This document shows, in pieces, positions 19,874 to 28,423 of a stretch of DNA of 64,000 nt; the first letter of the stretch is position 1; each line of letters opens with the position of its first letter. Both the position numbers and the translations under genes were made by a program. The notes below the pieces were generated by a model, which worked only from the letters and a program-made list of their open reading frames with translations, was not told where the DNA came from and did no database searches. The DNA is from Candidatus Levyibacteriota bacterium (GTDB lineage Bacteria > Patescibacteriota > Microgenomatia > Levybacterales > UBA12049): contig JACPLG010000008.1 in assembly GCA_016186625.1 (NCBI GenBank), positions 147,142 to 211,141 on the forward strand, written 5' to 3'.

Positions 19874-21391
19874 TTGCCTATGAACATTCTAAATATTAAG
19901 GTGCTTAGAAATATTATTGAAGTGCTCCCTTTTGTTGCCGTTTTTTTTGCTTCACTTTATAGACCAACTGATCCTGATCTGGGATGGCATTTAAAATACG
20001 GAGAATATTTTGTCAGGACTGGCGGGGTACTTAGGGATAACATTTTTGCAACCATGATGCCGGATTACAAGTGGGTTAATCATTCATGGGCATCAGATGT
20101 TCTCGTTTTTCTAGCATATAATCTTTGGGGATTTTTAGGAGTAACCTTGTTGGGAGCTGCAATTGTTACCCTGACTTTTATATTTGTGTCTAAGGCATTC
20201 AATCTTTCTTTTTGGGACAAAGCATTCATTTTCCCAATTGTCTTATTCATTGTTAGTAATGTAAATGCCATCTCTTTCAGATCACAGCAAATGTCTTATC
20301 TTTTTACAGCACTTCTCTTTTACATCATTTCTCTTTATAACAAGAATCCAAAATATCTCTTTCTTACAATTCCGTTGTTTTTAATCTGGGCAAATTTCCA
20401 CGGCGGGTTCATTTTAGGCCTGACACTTCTTGGCGGATATGTTTTTCTTAAAAAAATTGTCGAAATTTATAAGAAATTTGAAATAAGAAAAGCAATTCTT
20501 GCTTTTAAATTTGAGTCAATTGTCATAACTGGAGTTGTAATTGCGACTCTTATTAATCCGTTTGGTTACGGGGTTTATCTTGAGACTTTCCGCCATTTCG
20601 GAAACCCTTGGTTAAAATACATTGCAGAGTGGGCACCATTTGTTGATATGTCGCGCCAATGGTGGAATCTTATAATTTTTGTCAATTTATTTTTAGCATC
20701 TGTTTTAATTTTATTTTTTACCGGAAGACTAGGAAAGGAAAAACTTCCTGTTGTGGGGCTCATAATTTTATTTATTCTACTCTCATTTTATGAGAGACGT
20801 TATGCATGGTCAATGTACTATATTTCCTTTCCAATACTTGTTGGAATCTCCGGCTTCTTTAAACCTAACTCAAAATCGAAACAATTTTTTATAGCAGGAG
20901 GAGTTTCAATTATTTTTCTTCTTATTGTTATATCAACAAAAGAACCGATTAAAAATTATCAGACAATGAATTGGCAAACATATTGCCAAACCCAATCAAA
21001 TCTATGCTCGTACAATGCTGTTCTTTTTTTATCAAAAAACAATCTGACAACCAATCTTTCCACACCATATAGCTGGGGCGGCTGGATGATCTGGAATTTT
21101 CCGGACGTTATGCCAAGCGTAGATGGCAGAATGGTTGCCTGGAAAGATGAAGAGGGTTATAGCGCTTTTGCAGAGTATTACACAAATGTGACGGATTGGG
21201 AAAGCATAGATAAATCAAAGTACGATGTTGTACTAGTACTCAAACAAAAACCAATGTTTAAAAGACTTAAGAGCTTAACAGCAGAAGGAAAATGGCGCTG
21301 GCTCTATGAGGATCCGATTTCTGCAGTTTTTGTTCGCAAGAATCCGAAAGAAATTACTCTTCCCAAAAAACTCATAATTCCTGAAAATTAA
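19874..21391 (+). CDS. Polytopic membrane protein, probable GT-C fold glycosyltransferase
   Basis: DPDLGWHLKYGE, WANFHGGF, LINPFG, many TM helices, C-terminal soluble domain with WGGWMIW..VDGR. Confidence 0.65.
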   Translation: MPMNILNIKVLRNIIEVLPFVAVFFASLYRPTDPDLGWHLKYGEYFVRTGGVLRDNIFATMMPDYKWVNHSWASDVLVFLAYNLWGFLGVTLLGAAIVTLTFIFVSKAFNLSFWDKAFIFPIVLFIVSNVNAISFRSQQMSYLFTALLFYIISLYNKNPKYLFLTIPLFLIWANFHGGFILGLTLLGGYVFLKKIVEIYKKFEIRKAILAFKFESIVITGVVIATLINPFGYGVYLETFRHFGNPWLKYIAEWAPFVDMSRQWWNLIIFVNLFLASVLILFFTGRLGKEKLPVVGLIILFILLSFYERRYAWSMYYISFPILVGISGFFKPNSKSKQFFIAGGVSIIFLLIVISTKEPIKNYQTMNWQTYCQTQSNLCSYNAVLFLSKNNLTTNLSTPYSWGGWMIWNFPDVMPSVDGRMVAWKDEEGYSAFAEYYTNVTDWESIDKSKYDVVLVLKQKPMFKRLKSLTAEGKWRWLYEDPISAVFVRKNPKEITLPKKLIIPEN

Positions 21392-21563
21392 AGTATTGCT
21401 AAAAGCCTATGTATGCAATACTATTCTTGTAATGGCGCTACATGAAGATAGTTACTCCGCGGTTTTTGTGAGAAAATAATCAGCCTCAATAGATACATAT
21501 TGACAAGACATAGGTTTAGCTGAGATGCTGATATCAGGATAAAAAATCTGCTTAATTAGGTAA

Positions 21564-23378
21564 GTGGATCTTATTTTGGTGAGAAACAAATCGATTTCAA
21601 AGCTTTTGACAGTTGTTGGAATATCAGGCAGTACTTATCACTTCAAAAAAGAAAACGGACAAATCAATATTTATCAGGAGATTTCGGAAAATAAATTTCA
21701 AAAAATAAACAAAAAAATCGTCATTCAGAATTTGGTCGAAAATAAAGAAGATTTATCTGGAATTGATTTTTTATCCATCTCTTCCTTTAATAAGACTTTT
21801 ATGGGAGTGATTGGATTTGAGAATAATTTTTACGTTGCTAAGTCAAAAGACGGATTTATTTGGGCTCTTGGTAAAAAACTTTTAAAAAATTTAAAAAGCG
21901 CATACGTTGTCCCGGAGTACGAATTTGAAGGGGGAAAAGTTATATATTGGTCGGATGATGCCCTCCACGTTGGATTTTCCCAAGATTCGACCTGGACGCT
22001 TTATGATGACCCAATTTATGATCCTCGAAGCAAATCAAGAAATTTACTTGATATTCTGGGAGTATTTAATGGAAAAGACTTGTTATTTGTTCCATACGCC
22101 TCAAACATTAGCATAAACGGTATAGATCATTTCAGTCTTTCAGTTGCTCTGTTTTCAAAACAAGACCCAAGAAGGACAGAGTTTAGACTTTATTATCCAA
22201 TATGGAATATCCCAATGGATCTAGTTGATCAAATAGTTTCGCCAATTGCAGTACTGGAGATCAAAAACAAGATTTATTCTTTTTGGAGAGGAAAAGAGAA
22301 AATTTACAGCTTCCGCCATCCGCTTCTTGAACAAATAGTTTTTGATTATCCCAAAAATATCATAGCCGCCAATCTGCAGAAGTCAGCCCATAATCCTATC
22401 CTTTCACCTGATCCCAAAAACGGCTGGGAGTCATTGGCTGTATTTAATCCGGCAGCTTACTATGACGAAGATAAAAAAAAACTTCATCTTATGTATAGAG
22501 CTGTTGGATCCAACTGGCGGTCTGTCTTTGGACACGCAACAAGCGATGACGGCATCACTATTAATTCAAAAAGCAATCTTCCCGCCTATGTTCCCAGATC
22601 TTCATTTGAAGGACAGGAAGTTATGTTTAATCCAAATTCTCAATTTACATCAGGACCGGGAGCAGGAGGATGCGAAGACCCAAGGCTTACGAAGATCGGT
22701 GATAAAGTATACCTTACTTACGTTGCATACGATGGATGGTCTCAGCCTCGTGTCGGACTATCTTCAATCGCCTATGACGATTTCATAACAGAGTCCTGGA
22801 ATTGGTCACCTCCCGTTATAATTTCAAAACCCGGAGTTATTGATAAAAATGCAGTTATTTTCCCAGAGAAAATCCGCGGAAAGTATGTAATTATGCATAG
22901 AATTTTTCCGGATATACTAATTGACTTTGTGGATAGTCTTGATTTTGACGGACAAACGTTCCTTAAGGGTGAGTTTAAAATTTCGCCAAGAAGCTTTGGA
23001 TGGGACAGTAGGAAAATTGGCGCAGGTCCGCCTCCCATAAAAACAAAAGAAGGGTGGCTCCTTATTTACCACGCCGTTGACGATGCCAAGAGCCACCAGT
23101 ATCAGATCGGCGCAATGATCCTGGATCTTCTTGATCCTACGAAAGTTATTTGTAGGTCAAGCCAACCTCTGATAAGTCCTACTAACTGGTATGAAAATGA
23201 GGGATATAAATCCGGAGTGGTTTATCCGTGCGGAGCAGCATTGATTGATAGGAAACTTCACGTTTACTACGGTGGGGCAGATACATACATTTGCGTTGCA
23301 ACAGCGCCATTTGATTCTTTTCTAAACACCCTAAAAGCAGAAAGAAATCATAAGATGCGTGAGTTTTTCCTTAACTAA
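21564..23378 (+). CDS. GH130-family glycoside phosphorylase/hydrolase with divergent N-terminal half
   Basis: NPIL..WESLAVFNPAA, GCEDPRL, DKNAVIFPEKI, KIGAGPPPI, VVYPCGA..YYGGAD. Confidence 0.85.
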   Translation: MDLILVRNKSISKLLTVVGISGSTYHFKKENGQINIYQEISENKFQKINKKIVIQNLVENKEDLSGIDFLSISSFNKTFMGVIGFENNFYVAKSKDGFIWALGKKLLKNLKSAYVVPEYEFEGGKVIYWSDDALHVGFSQDSTWTLYDDPIYDPRSKSRNLLDILGVFNGKDLLFVPYASNISINGIDHFSLSVALFSKQDPRRTEFRLYYPIWNIPMDLVDQIVSPIAVLEIKNKIYSFWRGKEKIYSFRHPLLEQIVFDYPKNIIAANLQKSAHNPILSPDPKNGWESLAVFNPAAYYDEDKKKLHLMYRAVGSNWRSVFGHATSDDGITINSKSNLPAYVPRSSFEGQEVMFNPNSQFTSGPGAGGCEDPRLTKIGDKVYLTYVAYDGWSQPRVGLSSIAYDDFITESWNWSPPVIISKPGVIDKNAVIFPEKIRGKYVIMHRIFPDILIDFVDSLDFDGQTFLKGEFKISPRSFGWDSRKIGAGPPPIKTKEGWLLIYHAVDDAKSHQYQIGAMILDLLDPTKVICRSSQPLISPTNWYENEGYKSGVVYPCGAALIDRKLHVYYGGADTYICVATAPFDSFLNTLKAERNHKMREFFLN

Positions 23379-25318
23379 TGATTTCAGTAAAACGATATGG
23401 TGGCAATCCGATTCTAGTTCCCAGCAAAGATAATCTTTGGGAGTCCTACGCCGTTTATAACGCAAGCGTTATTAAAAAAGACGGAATTTACCATATGCTT
23501 TATAGAGCTATTTCAGAGCCAAAAGAATGGCAGAGTGAATATTTAAGAGTTTCTTCTATTGGACACGCAACAAGTACTAACGGACTCACGTTTGATAATA
23601 GGTCCCAGTTACTCACTCCGCAGTACGATTGGGAAAGATTTGGTTGTGAAGACCCAAGAGTTGAGATGTTGGAGGATACATATTTTATTTTTTATACAGC
23701 AATTTCAACTAATCCCCCATCACCTTCAGGAATAAAAATTGGGGTTGCGCTCACGCATGATTTCTCAAAAATTACGGAGAGACATCTTGTAACTCCTTTT
23801 AATGCAAAAGCAATGACACTTTTTCCGCAGAAGTTAAACGGTAAATACGTCGCAATATTAACTGCAGACACAGATAATCCTCCTGCAAAAATAGCAATAG
23901 CGCAATTTGATGAGATTTCAAACCTTTGGGATAAATCTTTCTGGACTGATTGGTACCAAAACATTGCTAATTATACGCTGCCATTACAAAGACGATCACA
24001 AGATCAGGTTGAGGTGGGTCTTAATCCTATAAAAACTGATAAAGGATGGGTGTTAGTGTATTCATATATACAAAACTACTTTACCCAAAATAAAGTTTTC
24101 GGCTTAGAGTCGGTTCTTCTTGATCAGGACAATCCCCTTTTAATACTTGGTAAAACAAATGGTCCCTTTATGGTTCCTGAGGCTTATTATGAAAAATATG
24201 GATTAATCCCGGATATTATTTTCCCATCAGGCGGAGTAGTTAAGGATGACAGACTCAGGCTATATTATGGTGCATCTGACACAACAGTTTGCAGTGCCGA
24301 TATCTCCATCAAAGAGCTGATAAACCAGACGTTATTAGGAGCTTTGCAAATTCCAATTGTAAGCGTACACTCCGGCCTCCATCTTGTCAGGTTTGATGGG
24401 AACCCAATTTTAACTCATATAGAAAATCATGAATGGGAAGAAAAAGCAGTTTTAAATCCCGGTGTTTATGAAAAAGATGGAAAAATTTACCTTTTTTATC
24501 GTGCGATGAACAATGATTTTGTGTCCAAAATAGGACTCGCAACAACACAAGACGGATTTCATATAGATGAAAGGCTCACTGATCCTATATATTCCCCAAG
24601 GGCTTTTTTTGAAAAAAACGATCAGGGTGCATTTGGCTGTGAGGATCCTCGTATTACACAAATCGATGACATGATCTATATGTTTTACACTGCTTATGAC
24701 GGAAAGTCTTCAAAAGTAGCATTCACTAGCATTCCTGTTTCCGATTTTACAAATAGAAATTGGACATGGAAAACTCCTGTTCCGATTTCAGACCCAAGTG
24801 TTATGGACAAAAATGCGGCGCTTTTTCCGCAGAAGTTAAAAGGGAAATTTGCAATCTTACATAGGCTTGATGTTAGAATTTGGATTGATTTTGTTGATAA
24901 ATTATCGGATTTTTCCGGAGATAAATGGTTGGGAGGAAAGCCGCTTTGTGAGCCAAGAAAAGATAAATGGGACAGTGAAAAAGTGGGAATCGGGGGACCT
25001 CCCATAAAAACAAAACTTGGCTGGCTTCTTTTATACCATGGAATATCTGCGCATGATAAAAAATACAGGCTTGGCATTATGGTTTTGGACAAGAAAGACC
25101 CAACAAAAATAATTCTTAGATTGGACAACCCGGTCCTGGAGCCAAAACTTAAGTATGAAAAAGAAGGAGTCCGCCCGGATGCGGTATTTTCCTGCGGAAG
25201 CGCATTACTTGACGACAGACTATTTGTTTATTATGGAGCAGCTGATTCTTCAATTGGAGTTGCCCAGATTGATTATTCTTCGCTCCTGTCAAAATTGGAA
25301 GAGATAATTTCTGCATGA
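23378..25318 (+). CDS. Tandem two-domain GH130-family protein
   Basis: Two copies of the NPIL / GCEDPR / YYGAxD motif set. Confidence 0.88.
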   Translation: MISVKRYGGNPILVPSKDNLWESYAVYNASVIKKDGIYHMLYRAISEPKEWQSEYLRVSSIGHATSTNGLTFDNRSQLLTPQYDWERFGCEDPRVEMLEDTYFIFYTAISTNPPSPSGIKIGVALTHDFSKITERHLVTPFNAKAMTLFPQKLNGKYVAILTADTDNPPAKIAIAQFDEISNLWDKSFWTDWYQNIANYTLPLQRRSQDQVEVGLNPIKTDKGWVLVYSYIQNYFTQNKVFGLESVLLDQDNPLLILGKTNGPFMVPEAYYEKYGLIPDIIFPSGGVVKDDRLRLYYGASDTTVCSADISIKELINQTLLGALQIPIVSVHSGLHLVRFDGNPILTHIENHEWEEKAVLNPGVYEKDGKIYLFYRAMNNDFVSKIGLATTQDGFHIDERLTDPIYSPRAFFEKNDQGAFGCEDPRITQIDDMIYMFYTAYDGKSSKVAFTSIPVSDFTNRNWTWKTPVPISDPSVMDKNAALFPQKLKGKFAILHRLDVRIWIDFVDKLSDFSGDKWLGGKPLCEPRKDKWDSEKVGIGGPPIKTKLGWLLLYHGISAHDKKYRLGIMVLDKKDPTKIILRLDNPVLEPKLKYEKEGVRPDAVFSCGSALLDDRLFVYYGAADSSIGVAQIDYSSLLSKLEEIISA

Positions 25319-25382
25319 CAAATGCTCCGAAGTTTTTTTAATCGACCTTGAAAAATAACCAAAATTAATGTCATACTAAAGT

Positions 25383-26777
25383 ATGGCGCTAAAACCTCTT
25401 GAAGTCCAATCACTTCCTTCCGCTCCACCATTCAAAAAGTTAATCGGTCCTAGCTTCATATTCCTAGGCCTTGGGCTTGGAAGCGGGGAGGTAATTCTCT
25501 GGCCGTATCTAAGTGCAAATTACGGTCTGGGAATCATTTGGGCGGCGATTCTTGGAGTGACTTTCCAATTCTTCATGAACATGGAGATCGAGCGCTATAC
25601 TTTGGTACACGGGGAAAGTGTTTTTGTTGGACTTGCCAGAAAGCTTAGATGGATTCCTTTTTGGTTTCTCTTATCAACTTTTATTCCCTGGATTTGGCCG
25701 GGCATTATAGCATCTTCTGCAAAATTATTTGGAGGTGCTGTTGGAGTTTCTGAAACGACAAATCTGACAATAATGCTTCTTGTTCTGATAGGCATCATTC
25801 TTTCATTTGGCCCAATTTTGTATAAAACTGTTGAATCATTTCAAAAAATTTTAGTGGCAATAGGAATTCCTAGTATTCTTGCATTGTCTTTAGTTCTTGC
25901 CCAAAAAAATGATTTTGTGGATCTTGCCAAAGGGGCTGTCGGGATCGGAAACGGTTATTTCCTTTTTCCCGAGGGAATAATTATGGCCTCATTTCTGGCC
26001 GCTTTTGCTTACGCCGGAGCAGGGGGAAATCTTAATCTTGCCCAGTCTTTTTATGTAAGAGAAAAAGGATACGGAATGGGTAAATACTCAGGGAGAATCA
26101 CAAGTTTATTTACCGGAAAGAAAGAAAGCGTATCACTTACCGGAACAAAGTTTGAAATGAACAGTTCAAATCTTTCAGAATTTAAAAGGTGGTGGAAAAA
26201 CATAAATATAGAACACTTCATAATTTTTTGGTTTATGGGAACAATTACGATATTGTTTTTAACACTCCTTTCCTACTCGACTGTTTTTGGCCTTGCGGGA
26301 AATGAGCAAGGAATTTCATTTGTTTTAAATGAAGGGAGAGTTATAGGAGAGAGGTTATTTCCAATTGCAGGGACTTTTTTTCTTATTATTGGCGGACTAA
26401 TGCTTTTTGGAACACAGCTTACTGTTTTTGATGCAACAAGTAGAATTCTTTCAGAAAATATCGTCATAGCCGCCCACTCAAAATTATCAGAAGTTCATAT
26501 TCCAAAGATGTATTATTTTGTTCTTTGGTTTCAAATTGCTGCAGGAATTGTTGTTCTTCTTCTAGGCTTTACAGAACCCTTAGCTCTTCTTGTGACCGCA
26601 GCAGTCTTAAACGCAATTGCCATGTTTGCCCACATAGGCTTGACTCTCTTTTTAAACCTAACTAGCCTTGAAAAGCCCGTCAGGCCGAGTTTTGTTCGCA
26701 TCAGCGCAATGTCTCTCGCCCTACTCTTTTACGGAGGCTTCAGTCTATTTGTTTTATATGACAGATTTTTAAGGTAA
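25383..26777 (+). CDS. Nramp-like (APC fold) transporter
   Basis: IGPSFIFLGLGLGSGEVILWP, about 11 TM helices. Confidence 0.75.
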   Translation: MALKPLEVQSLPSAPPFKKLIGPSFIFLGLGLGSGEVILWPYLSANYGLGIIWAAILGVTFQFFMNMEIERYTLVHGESVFVGLARKLRWIPFWFLLSTFIPWIWPGIIASSAKLFGGAVGVSETTNLTIMLLVLIGIILSFGPILYKTVESFQKILVAIGIPSILALSLVLAQKNDFVDLAKGAVGIGNGYFLFPEGIIMASFLAAFAYAGAGGNLNLAQSFYVREKGYGMGKYSGRITSLFTGKKESVSLTGTKFEMNSSNLSEFKRWWKNINIEHFIIFWFMGTITILFLTLLSYSTVFGLAGNEQGISFVLNEGRVIGERLFPIAGTFFLIIGGLMLFGTQLTVFDATSRILSENIVIAAHSKLSEVHIPKMYYFVLWFQIAAGIVVLLLGFTEPLALLVTAAVLNAIAMFAHIGLTLFLNLTSLEKPVRPSFVRISAMSLALLFYGGFSLFVLYDRFLR

Positions 26778-26782
26778 CCGAG

Positions 26783-26890
26783 TTCCCACTTTCCATGTGG
26801 GAAGCTACTTTTTAATAAATACCCTGAGATGTAAACTTATTTCCACCCCGTATTTCCACCCCGGGTGTGGATTATCCTTTACACCCCAGG
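26783..26890. repeat. Adjacent copies of palindromic families A and B
   Basis: ttcccactttccatgtgggaa then cctgagatgtaaac...caccccgggtgtg...tttacaccccagg. Confidence 0.8.
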
Positions 26891-27033
26891 ACTATCCTAA
26901 GTTTTTTATAAATTTCTCAATCTCGTCCAAAAATCCGCTTTTGTTGATTCTATGCATAAGCCAGCAGTAAATAAAATTGTCAGGATTGTGTCGGGTAAAA
27001 AATCAAATTTAGAAATAAAATGTTTGGGAATTT

Positions 27034-27606
27034 ATGGAAAGATTAAGACATCTTGAAGTACCTTTGAATGGGCATCATTATGCTTCCGATGGTTCTGAGA
27101 TCGATACAGAGACCAAAGATCCTTATGAGAGAGTTTGCATCAGTAGCGTTGCTTTCCATGAAGGAGTTCATGCATTTTTAGCTATTAAAAGAGGAGTTGG
27201 GGTAAAACAGGCAAGTAGAATCCCTGGGCCCGGATACTTGGGGAAAACAGAGCCTTATGATTTTGATGGGGTAGCTGCAGTAGGACCTGCTGCCCTAGGA
27301 CTCGAAGGATGTGGGCATGATTTAAGACTCGCCTCTTATAAGGGAGTCAATATTGGTGCTGCAAAAGCAACAGGAAGACAGATGGTATCCGAAGACCCGA
27401 GAGGATTAAGAAGAGTATCAGCAGTAATTGAACAGAAAGGAAGCGCAACAGGAGGAGAATTAGAAGAAGCGCTCAATAAAGGAGAAAATGTCTTAGTAAG
27501 AATTAGAAGGCGCGATGGCACTACGGAAGAAAGACTTGAAGAGGACGTTAGAGGAGAGACTGTAATGGTTCCTTTCCAAGAGTACAAGCTTCCTAAAGCT
27601 GCTTAA
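27034..27606 (+). CDS. Hypothetical protein with HExxH motif resembling the peptidase M41 (FtsH protease) domain
   Basis: SVAFHEGVHAFLA...V..ASRIPG..YLG. Confidence 0.55.
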   Translation: MERLRHLEVPLNGHHYASDGSEIDTETKDPYERVCISSVAFHEGVHAFLAIKRGVGVKQASRIPGPGYLGKTEPYDFDGVAAVGPAALGLEGCGHDLRLASYKGVNIGAAKATGRQMVSEDPRGLRRVSAVIEQKGSATGGELEEALNKGENVLVRIRRRDGTTEERLEEDVRGETVMVPFQEYKLPKAA

Positions 27607-27640
27607 CTTGTTTTGTGCTATAGTTTTATTAGGTTAGGGG

Positions 27641-27826
27641 GTGATAAATATTAAAATCGCTCTTGTTGTAATTTTAGTACTTTTGGGATTTTACTTTCTT
27701 TTGTTTCACACTTCCCCATTTCCGTTAAGCCATGAAAGCTTAGGGTTTTATAACCACACCATTCATAGAATTATAGGTGTTGTACTTTTTGTTGTAGCAC
27801 TACTTGCGTTTTGGAAGTGGAAGTAG
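27641..27826 (+). CDS. Small two-TM hypothetical protein
   Basis: Two hydrophobic helices joined by a His-containing loop. Confidence 0.5.
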   Translation: MINIKIALVVILVLLGFYFLLFHTSPFPLSHESLGFYNHTIHRIIGVVLFVVALLAFWKWK

Positions 27827-28299
27827 TTAATCAAGAAACTTGAGAACACTTGCTCTAAAGTTTGCAAAATAAAGATTTTAAACTGTCCGGATCTTGAAAG
27901 CTGGGCCCCAACATATGTCGGATCTTGCCAGAAAAGTTTGAAGGCAGCAATTGCTAAGAATTGATGAGCTATAAATGATCCCGAAACCAAGTAAATAAAT
28001 TGGTAAGTAAACTTTTTTCGAAGATATAAAACAACTTCCGCCAGACCAAAAACGAGTATCGGGAGACTGCTGACAAAATACCTGATAGTATATCCTGCCG
28101 CATTCCAGGCATCATAGCTTGATATTAGAAGAAAATTTAATAGAAAAATTGTAATAAATATATTGCCAAAAAGCTTAAAACGTTTTCTATATAAAAATAA
28201 TCCTAAGAAGGCAATAAGTAAGATCGGCATATAAAAAATTACCCCTTGCTTGGTGTCAAAAATAGGATTATAAAGAGCAATAGAAAGAAAATTTTCCAC
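27763..28299 (-). pseudogene. 3' fragment of a GT-C-like membrane protein
   Basis: GVIFYMPILL...WNAAGYTIRYFVSSLP resembles the C-terminal half of membrane glycosyltransferases; no N-terminal half upstream. Confidence 0.5.
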
Positions 28300-28423
28300 A
28301 GACGAGGAATCTTTTTAAGCTTTTCTACCACAATGTAGTGAGTATACAACGAGGAAAGTCAAAGCCACAAGTTTTAATTAGGTCGCTTACTCGCAAGGAT
28401 ACTGCAGGAATTTTTCTCCAATA

